Shown piece by piece: positions 40,446-49,991 of a stretch of DNA of 64,000 nucleotides (positions are counted from its first letter, which is position 1; the number at the start of each line of letters is the position of its first letter). This DNA is from Vulcanimicrobiales bacterium (lineage in GTDB: Bacteria; Vulcanimicrobiota; Vulcanimicrobiia; Vulcanimicrobiales; Vulcanimicrobiaceae). The DNA lies in NCBI GenBank assembly GCA_038215615.1, contig JBBQQR010000005.1:32001-96000 (forward strand), given 5' to 3'. The position numbers and the translations under genes were made by a program. The notes under the pieces are model-generated. The model was not told the origin of the DNA, made no database searches, and saw only the letters and a list, made by a program, of their open reading frames with translations.

Positions 40446-41465
40446 ATGTCCGCGCTCTTCCTCTCCACCTCGACCCTCGAACTGCCGCTGGTCCATCCGT
40501 TTACGATCGCGCGCGGCAGCGCGCAATCCGCGCGCACCGTCTTGCTTCGCTTGTCTTGGAACGGCCTGGAAGGGCTGGGAGAAACGGCGCCGATCGCGCG
40601 CTACCACGAGTCGGCCGAATCCGTGACGGCATACTTTGCCGGGCACGCGCCGCGCGGCGACGATCCCTATCTGCTCGACGACTTGCTCTCCGAAGAGATC
40701 CCGGCCGCGGCGCGCTGCGGGCTGGACGTCGCGTTGCACGATCTGATTGGCAAAGATTGCGGCCAGCCGCTTTACCGCTTGCTCGGGCTGAATCCGGCCG
40801 AAACCCCGCTGACGTCATTTACGGTCGGCATCGGCAATCCGGAAACAACGCTGCGCAAGGTCGCGGAGCTCGGAAGCCATCCGGTGATGAAAGTGAAACT
40901 CGGCGCCGGCACGCGCGCGAGTCAAATAGAAACCATCGAATCGATCCGTTCCGCGTACTCCGGCACGATCCGCATCGATGCGAACGAGGGCTGGGATGCG
41001 CAAGAAGCTGCCGCGATTCTGCGCGAACTCGAGCGTTTCGAGATCGAGTTCTGCGAGCAACCTATTCCGGCGGGCCATCCCGAGCAGTTACGCTACGTCC
41101 GCGAGCACTCCCCGATTCCGATTGTTACGGATGAAGATTCGCGCACCGCGGACGATCTGCCGGCGCTCATCGGCTGTGTCGACGGCGTCAACGTCAAGCT
41201 CGTAAAGACTGGTGGCATTCGCGGCGCCCTCAAAATGATCCACGCCGCGCGCGCGCTGAAATTCAAAATCATGATCGGCTGCATGGTGGAGAGCCAGATC
41301 TTGGCAACCGCCGCCGCGCAGCTTTCCCCGCTGGCGGATTGGGCGGATATCGACGGCCCGTTTCTCACCAAAGACGATCCATTCGTGGGGATCACGTATG
41401 ACCGCGGAAAGATTGTGCTACCTGACGGCCCCGGTTTGGGCGTGCGCGAGAAGACCGTTGCGTAG
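40446..41465 (+). CDS. Dipeptide (L-Ala-D/L-Glu) epimerase / DgcA-like, enolase superfamily
   Basis: KVKLG, DANEG, EQP, DED, VKLVKTGG, GCMVES, DIDG. Confidence 0.92.
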   Translation: MSALFLSTSTLELPLVHPFTIARGSAQSARTVLLRLSWNGLEGLGETAPIARYHESAESVTAYFAGHAPRGDDPYLLDDLLSEEIPAAARCGLDVALHDLIGKDCGQPLYRLLGLNPAETPLTSFTVGIGNPETTLRKVAELGSHPVMKVKLGAGTRASQIETIESIRSAYSGTIRIDANEGWDAQEAAAILRELERFEIEFCEQPIPAGHPEQLRYVREHSPIPIVTDEDSRTADDLPALIGCVDGVNVKLVKTGGIRGALKMIHAARALKFKIMIGCMVESQILATAAAQLSPLADWADIDGPFLTKDDPFVGITYDRGKIVLPDGPGLGVREKTVA

Positions 41466-42522
41466 ATATGCGATTCTCGCGCCCGGACAGTTTACGGACA
41501 ACGCGAAAACTGCGCACGGCGTCATCGGGTACTCGAATGATGAAACGGTCGCGGTGGTCGACCCGTCGTGCGCGGGCCGGACGGTGCACGACGTCGTGCC
41601 CTATCTCGCAAGCTCCGCGCCGATCGTCACCAGCGTGGCAGACGCGTTTCCGTACAAGCCGACGTCGCTCTTAATCGGCACGGCTCCCAAGGGCGGAAAG
41701 CTTCCGCCGGAGTGGCGCGCCCAGATTCTCACCGCGATTGCAGGCGGACTGGGGATCGTCAGCGGTCTGCATGACATGCTCGGCGACGATCCGGAGTTCG
41801 CTGCTGCGGCACATCGGCACAACGTCGCGATTTGGGACGTGCGTAAACCGCCGGAGGTGCCGCTCTTTAGCGGATCGGCCTACGACGTGAAGGCTCCGGT
41901 TTTGCTCGCGGTCGGAAACGACTGCGCCGTCGGGAAGATGACGGTTATGCTGGAGCTTGCGCGCGCGGCGAGCGACATGGGATCGAACGCGAAATTCGTA
42001 CCCACCGGACAGACCGGCATCATGATCGCCGGCTGGGGCATCGCGGTCGATCGCGTGATCTCGGACTTTGCAACGGGAGCGAGCGAGCAGCTCGTGCTCG
42101 AAGCGGCGCAGCGAAATCCCGAATACATTTTGGTTGAGGGTCAGGGCGCGATCAATCATCCGGCCTACGCGCCGGTCACGCTGGCACTGCTTTTCGGTTG
42201 CGCTCCCGACGCATTACTGCTCGTCGCCGACGTCAAGAGAACGAGCATGGAAAACTACGGAACGCCGGTGCTGTCGTACGCACGACTCGTCGCCATTCAT
42301 GAGGAGCTCTGCGCAACGGTAAAGCCCGCCGGCGTTGTGGGCATCGCCCTCAACACGTTCGGTCTGGATGAAAGCGCGGCCATAGCAGAAATCGCTCGGG
42401 CGCGCGCAGAAACTTCGCTCCCCACAGATGACGTCGTCCGCAACGGTGCGGCGCGTCTGTGGAGGGAAATCGCGCCGAAGCTCGTCAAACGCCACCCTCT
42501 CTCCGTAAAGGTCGTCGCATGA
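41458..42522 (+). CDS. DUF1611 family protein (DgcN-like D-Glu N-acetyltransferase)
   Basis: AKTAHG, SGLH..L, DVR.PP, DCAVGKMT, TGQTG, EGQG; TTG 41458. Confidence 0.9.
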   Translation: MRRYAILAPGQFTDNAKTAHGVIGYSNDETVAVVDPSCAGRTVHDVVPYLASSAPIVTSVADAFPYKPTSLLIGTAPKGGKLPPEWRAQILTAIAGGLGIVSGLHDMLGDDPEFAAAAHRHNVAIWDVRKPPEVPLFSGSAYDVKAPVLLAVGNDCAVGKMTVMLELARAASDMGSNAKFVPTGQTGIMIAGWGIAVDRVISDFATGASEQLVLEAAQRNPEYILVEGQGAINHPAYAPVTLALLFGCAPDALLLVADVKRTSMENYGTPVLSYARLVAIHEELCATVKPAGVVGIALNTFGLDESAAIAEIARARAETSLPTDDVVRNGAARLWREIAPKLVKRHPLSVKVVA

Positions 42523-44138
42523 AACTCAAGCTTACTGCCGCGCTCCTTACAACCGCTCTCGTCTTGAGCGCCTGCACGAAAACCGGAACGACGAAGGTGG
42601 GCGGACACAACCCGTGGACAATCCCGGGCGAAGTCCGCGTTGGAAACTCCGACGAACCCGATGGACTCAACCCGATGTTCGCGCACACCGATGCGAGCAA
42701 CCAAGTCGACGGTTTGATCCTCGCGTCGATTTTGAAGTACGACGACAACGGCAACTTCATCCCCGACTTGGCAACCGAAGTGCCTAGCTACGCCAACGGC
42801 GGCTTGAGCAAAGATGGGAAAACCATCACGATTCATTTGCGCCAGGGACTGCGCTGGTCCGACGGCGCGCCGCTCACGTCAAAAGATTGGATGTTCACGT
42901 ACTCCGCGGTGCGCAATCCCCGCAACAACGTCAAGACGCTCTTCGGGTGGGACGACATCGCCTCTGCGAATGCACCCGACAACACGACCATCGTCGTTCA
43001 CCTCAAACAGCCCAACTCGACGATCATGGGATTGTTCGCAGTTGACGGCGCCGCCTATCCGCCGCTGCCCGCCCACATTCTCGCGAGCCTGCCGGACATC
43101 AACCGCGCGCCCTTCAACGGCAAGCCGATCTCAAGCGGCCCGTTCATCCTGCAGCAATGGAACCACGGTTCGTCGCTCATCTTCCTTCCCAATCCGTATT
43201 ACTATCGCGGGCCGCCGCACCTAAAGAAAATCGTTTGGAAGGTGATTCCGAACACCAGCACGCTCTTCAACGAACTGCAAACGCACGACGTCGACGTGCT
43301 GATCGGCGTCAACGAAAACGATATCGGACGCCTGCCGCAGCTTCCGGGGATTACCGTTATTCAGAAACTGATCGCCAATTGGCGTCACATGGAATTCAAC
43401 TTGCAAAATCCCATCCTGGCCGACCAGCGCGTGCGCCTGGCAATCGCGCAGGGCGTGGATTGGAAGCGAATCAACGATACGAGCTACCACGGCTATAACC
43501 AACTCGCGGCCAGCGACGTCTTTCCGCTCTCGTGGGCCGCGCCCAACATCCCGCTTTACCCCTACGATCCCAACGGCGCCAAGAAGCTGCTCGCCCAGGC
43601 CGGCTGGACAATGGGCTCCGACGGATGGCTGCATAAGGGATCGCAACCGCTACAGCTCACGATTTCGACCGGAACCAACAAACAAGAAAATATCGAAGCT
43701 GAAGTGCAGGTGCAGAGCCAGTTAAAACCGCTTGGCGTCAACTTGCAGATCCGCAACTATCCGGTCAACGTATTGTTTGCGCCGACCGGGCCGCTCTATA
43801 CCGGCAAGTACGATATTTCATGGACGGTCTCGATTAACGCACCCGATCCCGACAACTCCGGCCTCTGGAACAGCAAATATGCACCGCCGCACGGCGGCAA
43901 CACGTCGCACCTGAGCGACCCAATTGTGGACCGCACGTCAACGCAAGCGTTGCTCACGTTCGATCATGCGGTGCGCAAAAAACTCTACCAGCAAGAAGAG
44001 GAGCGCATTCATCAGCTCGTGCCGAGCGTTTTCTTCTACTGGGAGAACGAGTACACGGCAGCCAACAGCGACATGAAGAATCTCAAGCCGGCGGCGTTTG
44101 TCCAAGACACCTGGAACGCTTGGGACTGGCAGATATAG
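42519..44138 (+). CDS. Peptide ABC transporter substrate-binding lipoprotein (family 5)
   Basis: Lipobox LSAC; PDLA, LR.GL.WSDG.PLT..D, GPF, D.RVR.AI; ATG 42519. Confidence 0.92.
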   Translation: MKLKLTAALLTTALVLSACTKTGTTKVGGHNPWTIPGEVRVGNSDEPDGLNPMFAHTDASNQVDGLILASILKYDDNGNFIPDLATEVPSYANGGLSKDGKTITIHLRQGLRWSDGAPLTSKDWMFTYSAVRNPRNNVKTLFGWDDIASANAPDNTTIVVHLKQPNSTIMGLFAVDGAAYPPLPAHILASLPDINRAPFNGKPISSGPFILQQWNHGSSLIFLPNPYYYRGPPHLKKIVWKVIPNTSTLFNELQTHDVDVLIGVNENDIGRLPQLPGITVIQKLIANWRHMEFNLQNPILADQRVRLAIAQGVDWKRINDTSYHGYNQLAASDVFPLSWAAPNIPLYPYDPNGAKKLLAQAGWTMGSDGWLHKGSQPLQLTISTGTNKQENIEAEVQVQSQLKPLGVNLQIRNYPVNVLFAPTGPLYTGKYDISWTVSINAPDPDNSGLWNSKYAPPHGGNTSHLSDPIVDRTSTQALLTFDHAVRKKLYQQEEERIHQLVPSVFFYWENEYTAANSDMKNLKPAAFVQDTWNAWDWQI

Positions 44139-45004
44139 CGCTCGCAGCTGCATACGCCGCGAACGAAAGTGCGCGGCTGACGTTCGAACCCGCGCGCGAA
44201 GGCGTGCTGAGCTGGAACACGTTCGCCGATCGCGGAACCATCGAGTTTCGACTTCTCCGCGCGCACGCGCCGGCCACGCAGTGGCTCCCGCACGCGCAAT
44301 GGACGACGGACGGACGCAAGTCTTTCAGCACGGAGCATGCCGACGTGACCGTTGAGGTCGACGTGATTCGCAGCGCCCAGCCCTTCGACGGCATCGATGT
44401 TCGCGCGCTCGGCGTCGAGTTTAACGCACTATACTTTGCGACGCCCGAACAAACCGCGCCGTCGCTGCCGTACGCGGCGCCGGCCCGCATACTTGACGTT
44501 CCGGCGCGATCGCAGTATGGCGAGCACGGCGAGCGCGGCTGGTGCAGTCCGACGGCGCTCTCGATGCTCAACGCCTATTACGGTTTGGATTTCGATTCCG
44601 CGACAACCGCGCGTGCCGTTTTCGATCGCGCGTACAACGGCACTGGCAACTGGTCGTTCAACGTCGCGTTCAGCGGGAGCTTGGGCCTGCGCGCCGCCGT
44701 GGTGTACTTGCGCAACCTCGACCAAGCCGCGCGATTCATTGAAGCCGGGATCCCGATCGCCATTTCGTACAGCTGGAAAGGCGATGAATTGCCGGGCGCG
44801 CCGCTCGAACATTCCGACGGTCACCTTTGCGTGCTGTGCGGCTTTACCGCGAGCGGCGACTGCGCGATGAACGATCCGGCCGATCCTAACGTCCGGGTCG
44901 TCTATTCGCGAGGCGCGATTGAAAAGATTTGGCAGCGCAACAACGGCGCCGCCTATGCTGTCGCGCCGGCCGGCCTCGATTTCGTTTCCATCGTCAACTC
45001 GTAA
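44120..45004 (+). CDS. C39-like cysteine peptidase
   Basis: SQY...WCSPT.LSM, GNWSFN, GHL.V..GF, NDPA (Q/C/H/D set). Start uncertain (TTG 44120 or ATA 44135). Confidence 0.85.
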   Translation: MGLADIALAAAYAANESARLTFEPAREGVLSWNTFADRGTIEFRLLRAHAPATQWLPHAQWTTDGRKSFSTEHADVTVEVDVIRSAQPFDGIDVRALGVEFNALYFATPEQTAPSLPYAAPARILDVPARSQYGEHGERGWCSPTALSMLNAYYGLDFDSATTARAVFDRAYNGTGNWSFNVAFSGSLGLRAAVVYLRNLDQAARFIEAGIPIAISYSWKGDELPGAPLEHSDGHLCVLCGFTASGDCAMNDPADPNVRVVYSRGAIEKIWQRNNGAAYAVAPAGLDFVSIVNS

Positions 45005-45513
45005 TGCAGCCGCACGATCGCCTCGACAGCGGCTCTGCCAGCAATGCGCCGTTGCAGATCGCGCTGATCGAACCCGAGATTCCGCCCAACACCGGCAACG
45101 TTGCGCGTCTCTGCGCGGCCACCGGCTGCGCATTGCACTTGATCGAACCGCTCGGATTTAGCATCGACGACCGCGAGCTCAAGCGCGCGGGCCTCGACTA
45201 CTGGGAGCACGTCGGCATAACGCTGCACGCAAGCCTCGATGCGTTCCTGGGTGCGACGACCGGTTCGCGACGCTGGTATTTTTCGACGCGAGCTTCGTTG
45301 CCCTACACGCAGGCCGACTTTCGCACCGGCGACATTCTGGTCTTCGGAAAAGAAACCAAAGGTTTGCCGGACGAACTGCTGGCGCGCGATCCCGATCGCT
45401 GCCTGCGTTTACCGATGCGGCCGGGAACCGTACGCAGCCTCAATTTATCGACGGCCGTCGGCGTAGTAACGTATGCGGCGCTCGCGCAGTTAGCGTTTCC
45501 GGGCATGCAATGA
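45004..45513 (+). CDS. trmL: tRNA (cytidine34-2'-O)-methyltransferase
   Basis: PEIPPNTGN..RLCA, LKRAGLDYW, FGKETKGL, RSLNLS. Confidence 0.95.
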   Translation: MQPHDRLDSGSASNAPLQIALIEPEIPPNTGNVARLCAATGCALHLIEPLGFSIDDRELKRAGLDYWEHVGITLHASLDAFLGATTGSRRWYFSTRASLPYTQADFRTGDILVFGKETKGLPDELLARDPDRCLRLPMRPGTVRSLNLSTAVGVVTYAALAQLAFPGMQ

Positions 45514-46208
45514 GCGCGACAACTTTGAATGCCCTCCACCGCGAGGTCGTCGCATGCACGAAGTGCCGTGAGCTGCGACGCTACTGCACGCAGGTCGCCA
45601 CGGAAAAGAAACGCGCGTATCGCGATCTCACCTACTGGGGAAAACCTGTTCCGGGCTTCGGCGACCCGCACGCGCACGTCTTGCTCGTGGGCCTCGCACC
45701 CGGTGCGCACGGCAGCAATCGCACCGGCCGGCCCTTCACGGGCGACGCGTCGGGCGACTTTCTCTATCCGGCGCTGCATCGCGCCGGCTTTGCCAATCAA
45801 GCGTCGGCTTTACATGTCGCCGACGGCCTGAAGCTGAACGACGCCTACATCACCGCGGCACTGCGTTGCGCTCCGCCGCAAAACAAACCAACGCCCGCGC
45901 AGCTGCGCAAGTGCTTTCCATACCTCGTACGCGAGTTCGAAGCGCTCGATCGCCTGCGCGTCGTGATTGGCCTCGGCGCAATCGGAACGAAAGCCGCGAT
46001 CGAAGCGCTCGAGGCCGCCGGCTATTCGCTTTCGACCAAAGGCTGGCGCTTCGGCCACGGCGCCGAGCTGACCGCAACCAAAGGCAGGCGCACCGTCACG
46101 CTGATCTCGTCATTTCATCCGAGCCGTCAAAATACGAACACGGGCAAACTCACCCGCCCGATGTTCGATGCAATTTTTACGCGCGCGCGAAAACTGCTAA
46201 CGGGGTAG
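45510..46208 (+). CDS. Uracil-DNA glycosylase family 5 (UdgB, 4Fe-4S)
   Basis: CTKC, YWGKPVPGFGD, GLAPGAHGSNRTGRPFTGD.SG, HPSRQNT. Confidence 0.92.
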   Translation: MSATTLNALHREVVACTKCRELRRYCTQVATEKKRAYRDLTYWGKPVPGFGDPHAHVLLVGLAPGAHGSNRTGRPFTGDASGDFLYPALHRAGFANQASALHVADGLKLNDAYITAALRCAPPQNKPTPAQLRKCFPYLVREFEALDRLRVVIGLGAIGTKAAIEALEAAGYSLSTKGWRFGHGAELTATKGRRTVTLISSFHPSRQNTNTGKLTRPMFDAIFTRARKLLTG

Positions 46209-46209
46209 T

Positions 46210-46366
46210 TCGGAAGGCGGCAGATGCTGCCCGGAAATTTGCAACTTTTTCGAACTCGACAGGATGTCGACTTCAAAACTTCGTTTTCTCGAAAAAGTGC
46301 GTAAGTAGCAAAATTACACGGACGTTTTTTCGCCAGCGGTTTCCGGGCGGCGCCTTGCGCCTCCGA
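46210..46366 (+). other. Long structured intergenic element (nested inverted repeats)
   Basis: TCGGA(A)GGCG/CGCCTCCGA; GCTGCCCGGAAA/TTTCCGGGCGGC; ACTTTTTCGA/TCGAAAAAGT; inner hairpins TCGAC/GTCGA and AAAAC/GTTTT. Confidence 0.7.
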
Positions 46367-46367
46367 C

Positions 46368-48122
46368 CTATTGTTGCGGTGGTGTAACCAAGCGCAGTGA
46401 AAGATCGCTCACGAGCTGATCGGGCACCGGTGAGGGGGCATCCATCATGACGTCGCGCATCAGCTGGTTCTTCGGAAACGCGATCACGTCGCGGATGTTT
46501 GATTCGCCGCACGCGATCATGACGATGCGATCGATACCGAGCGCCATGCCTCCGTGAGGCGGCGCACCGTAGTCGAGCGCGCGCAAGAAGAAACCGAAAC
46601 GATCGTTGACCTGCTCTTCCGTCAGGCCGAGCATAGCGAAGATCTTGCGTTGGAAGTCGGCTTTGTGGATACGGATCGATCCGCTTCCAAGCTCGAAGCC
46701 GTTGAGGACCATGTCGTAGTGTTGCGCGCGCATGCGCAGCGGATCCGAGTCGAGCAGCGACCACTGATCGTCCGCCGGCGCGGTGAACGGATGATGCGCC
46801 GGGCCGGGTTTGCCGGTCGCCTCATCCAGTTCAAACAGCGGAAAATCCGTGACCCAGGCAAACGCGAACGTTTTCGGGTCACGCAACCCGGCTCGATCGC
46901 CCACGACGTTGCGCATCTTTCCGGCCGCGCCCAGCGCGGCTGCGGTGGCATCGGCGAAGATCAAGATCGCGTCGCCCGTTTCTGCTTGCGCGCGCTCACG
47001 CAATTGCGCAGCGGCGTTCTCGTCGATGAACTTCGATGCGGAGCTCTTCACGCCGTCGGCACCCAGTGCGACCCACACCATGCCTTTCGCACCGTTTTGC
47101 TTGGCCGTTTCGACGAGCACGTCGAAGTCGCGGCGCGAAAGCGCGGCGCCGCCGGGATAGCGCAGCGCGACAATCGCGCCGTTCGAATCGATGACGGATT
47201 TGAAGATCGCGAAATCCGTTTGAGCGAAGACGTCGTTCACGCGCCGTAATTGCAGACCGAAGCGCAGATCGGGCTTGTCGCTTCCGTAGGTTTCCATCGC
47301 TTGCGCGTGCGTCAGCCGGGGGAACGGTGGCAGCTCGACGCCGAGCGCCTCGCGCCAGACATGGCGCATGCATGACTCCATGATCTCGATCACTTCTTCT
47401 TGCGTGCAGAACGACAACTCGACGTCGAGCTGTGTGAATTCGGTCTGCCGGTCGGCGCGCGAATCCTCATCACGCATGCAGCGAGCGATCTGCATGTACC
47501 GGCCGAAGCCGGCAATCATCAAGAGCTGCTTCAGAAGTTGCGGCGACTGCGGCAAAGCGTAAAACGAGCCGGGGTGCAAACGGCTGGGCACCAAGAAGTC
47601 ACGCGCGCCTTCAGGCGTCGACTTGATCAAAATTGGCGTCTCGATCTCCAGGAAGCCGCGCTCGTCGAAAAAATCGCGCATCGCTTTGATGATCTTGTGA
47701 CGCAAAGCGATGTTGCGCTGGAGCGGGCCGCGGCGCAGATCGAGATAGCGGTACTGCATGCGCAGGTTCTCGTCGACGTCGTCGTCCTTGTTGATTTGGA
47801 ACGGCGGCACCGCGGAACGGTTGATGACGTCGAGCTCGCCGACCGCGACCTCGATCTCGCCGGTCGGCAATTTCGCGTTCTCGGTACCGGCCGGCCGGCG
47901 GCGGACCGTGCCGCGTACCCGGATGACGTCTTCGTGGCGCAGGCGCTCGGCCTCGCTGAAGTTGGCCCGTTGCGGATCGAAGACGATCTGCGTGATGCCG
48001 TCGCGGTCGCGCAGGTCGGCAAAGATCAAGCCGCCGTGATCGCGCCGGACGTTCACCCAACCCGCCAGTTCGACGACGGCCTTTTCATCGCTCGCGCGCA
48101 ACGCGCCGCAAGAATATTTCAT
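46368..48122 (-). CDS. aspS: Aspartate--tRNA(Asp/Asn) ligase
   Basis: RRDHGGLIF.DLRD, TPEGARDF, LPQSPQ, GAPPHGG.ALG.DR; ATG 48122. Confidence 0.97.
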   Translation of the reverse strand: MKYSCGALRASDEKAVVELAGWVNVRRDHGGLIFADLRDRDGITQIVFDPQRANFSEAERLRHEDVIRVRGTVRRRPAGTENAKLPTGEIEVAVGELDVINRSAVPPFQINKDDDVDENLRMQYRYLDLRRGPLQRNIALRHKIIKAMRDFFDERGFLEIETPILIKSTPEGARDFLVPSRLHPGSFYALPQSPQLLKQLLMIAGFGRYMQIARCMRDEDSRADRQTEFTQLDVELSFCTQEEVIEIMESCMRHVWREALGVELPPFPRLTHAQAMETYGSDKPDLRFGLQLRRVNDVFAQTDFAIFKSVIDSNGAIVALRYPGGAALSRRDFDVLVETAKQNGAKGMVWVALGADGVKSSASKFIDENAAAQLRERAQAETGDAILIFADATAAALGAAGKMRNVVGDRAGLRDPKTFAFAWVTDFPLFELDEATGKPGPAHHPFTAPADDQWSLLDSDPLRMRAQHYDMVLNGFELGSGSIRIHKADFQRKIFAMLGLTEEQVNDRFGFFLRALDYGAPPHGGMALGIDRIVMIACGESNIRDVIAFPKNQLMRDVMMDAPSPVPDQLVSDLSLRLVTPPQQ

Positions 48123-49003
48123 AATGCGCTTTTGATTCCGGAGACGTAATAGTACTGCTGGATGAGGCTGCGCGCAAACTTCGAGGTCCCGGCGCGCTTG
48201 TCGAAGTATCCCAAGAGCCACGGCATCTTGGTCATTGCCGAGTGCAGTCCCAGGGAAACCGGGGTCATGCCGAGGTTGGCCATCACCGCGAAATCGGGAT
48301 GCTTGCGGTAAAAACGCACGGTCGAGCGGCCGGCCAGCTTCATCTTCTCGACCTGGTCCTCGTGGCCGATGTCCTGCCAATGATAATTCACCGCGCGCGG
48401 TTCGTAGAGAATCGTAAGGCCGGCTTTTTGCAAGCGATAACCGAGCTCCAAGTCCTCGTGACCGTATCCGGTGAACGATTCGTCGAAGCAGCCGACGCGC
48501 AGCAGATCGTCGCGCCGGACCGACGCGTTGCCGGTCAAGAAGTACAGCCAGCTTAACCGCTTGCGGCCCGGCGGATGCAGCGCACCGCGCTTTTCGGGGT
48601 GATCGCGTTTCTCTTCGTACACTTGGAACGATCGCACTTGCACTTCGAGGCCGACTACGGCAATGTGGCGTTCCTTGCGATGATGTCCGAGATGGCGTGA
48701 GAGTAAATCGGGCGACGCGATGATATCGGAATCGTTGAAGAGCACGACGGATCCGCGCGCGCGCTCGATGCCGGCGTTACGCGCCATGGCCCGCCCGGAG
48801 TATGCGCCTGGAACGTGCTCGACGTTGGGATGACGTTCGCGCATACGCGCTAGATACTCGGCGGTGCCGTCGTTGGAGTTGGAGTCGCAGACGAGCACCT
48901 CGAAGCTCTCGGGCGAAAGATCTTGTGCGAGCAACGACGGGATGACATGACGCAGCGTCTCGATCCGGTTATATGTCGGCACGACGACGGAAATCTCAGG
49001 CAT
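48119..49003 (-). CDS. Glycosyltransferase family 2
   Basis: SVVVPTYNR, ARNAG, FDE.F.GYG.EDLELGYRL; ATG 49003. Confidence 0.92.
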   Translation of the reverse strand: MPEISVVVPTYNRIETLRHVIPSLLAQDLSPESFEVLVCDSNSNDGTAEYLARMRERHPNVEHVPGAYSGRAMARNAGIERARGSVVLFNDSDIIASPDLLSRHLGHHRKERHIAVVGLEVQVRSFQVYEEKRDHPEKRGALHPPGRKRLSWLYFLTGNASVRRDDLLRVGCFDESFTGYGHEDLELGYRLQKAGLTILYEPRAVNYHWQDIGHEDQVEKMKLAGRSTVRFYRKHPDFAVMANLGMTPVSLGLHSAMTKMPWLLGYFDKRAGTSKFARSLIQQYYYVSGIKSAL

Positions 49004-49991
49004 GCGCACCGAGCAGTTTCTCGACACCTTGCAGCACGTCACTGCGCAGCTGCGCGAGCGATTCCGGATCTTCGTAGCGAGGCTTGCGCACGAGCACGCT
49101 CGGCACTTTGTATGGCGCCCATTCTTGTGAGTTCAAGTGGAAGTAGCGGTGTTCGAAAACGACGAGCGTCGGCCTGCGCATAGCGCTTGCGACGTGCGTC
49201 GCGCCCGTATCAACCGTCACCACTACGCGGGCCCGTTCGAAAACCGCGGCCCAGCAATGAAACGGCAGCCCGCCGAGCACGATGTCGGCCGCACGCGTTT
49301 CCGCGATCGCCGCGACGTAGCGGTCGCAGTCGGGCGCGTACGTCACCACGATCGGAAGATCGAAGCGGTGCAAATCTGCGAGCAGCTGCATGGTGGATTC
49401 GAGCGTACTGCCATCGTGAAACCATCGCCTTCCCAAATGAAAGACAATGGGATCCTCCGGGATAAACGCGACCGCCGCGCGATCTTCATCCGTGACGTCC
49501 AACCGCAGAGATTCGACGCGCTGTTTCGCGCCGGCCCGCGCCACTAGGTCGAGCAGCTGATCGACTTCGTGGCGCACGTGACGGCCCGGATCCCGCTCGC
49601 ACAACTGCGGGTCGGCTTCTGAGGTCATTAACAGGTTGACGAACCGGCGCAGCGTCAAACGCAGCAGGTACCGCCGTTCGTACGTGTATCCCACACGCGT
49701 CCGGGCATGCGTTCCGCCAACGATCGCAAGGTCCGACGCGCGCGGCGCAAGGGCGATAGCGAGATCTGTGCGGCCTTGAAAGGTTGCGCCGAATACTCCA
49801 GGCCGCGCGCCGCTGGGAAAGTCGACCAGTTCGTCGACGTCGGTATTTCTCTCCATAGCGACGCGATTGTACGAGCTGCAGACCAACGTCACGTGAGCTT
49901 CGGGGAACGACGCGCGCACAGTTGCGATCGCGGGCGTCGAAAGGATCAGATCGCCGATCCGGTCGGTACGAACGAGCACGATCCGCTTCAT
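48996..49991 (-). CDS. Glycosyltransferase family 9 (heptosyltransferase-like)
   Basis: RTDRIGDLILSTPAI, DTGATHVA. Confidence 0.88.
   Translation of the reverse strand: MKRIVLVRTDRIGDLILSTPAIATVRASFPEAHVTLVCSSYNRVAMERNTDVDELVDFPSGARPGVFGATFQGRTDLAIALAPRASDLAIVGGTHARTRVGYTYERRYLLRLTLRRFVNLLMTSEADPQLCERDPGRHVRHEVDQLLDLVARAGAKQRVESLRLDVTDEDRAAVAFIPEDPIVFHLGRRWFHDGSTLESTMQLLADLHRFDLPIVVTYAPDCDRYVAAIAETRAADIVLGGLPFHCWAAVFERARVVVTVDTGATHVASAMRRPTLVVFEHRYFHLNSQEWAPYKVPSVLVRKPRYEDPESLAQLRSDVLQGVEKLLGAHA

Noticed and set aside
46210..46366. 6S RNA downstream of aspS (Bacillus-like position)
   Set aside because: Lacks 6S sequence hallmarks, and a convincing 6S is present at 39512-39706.
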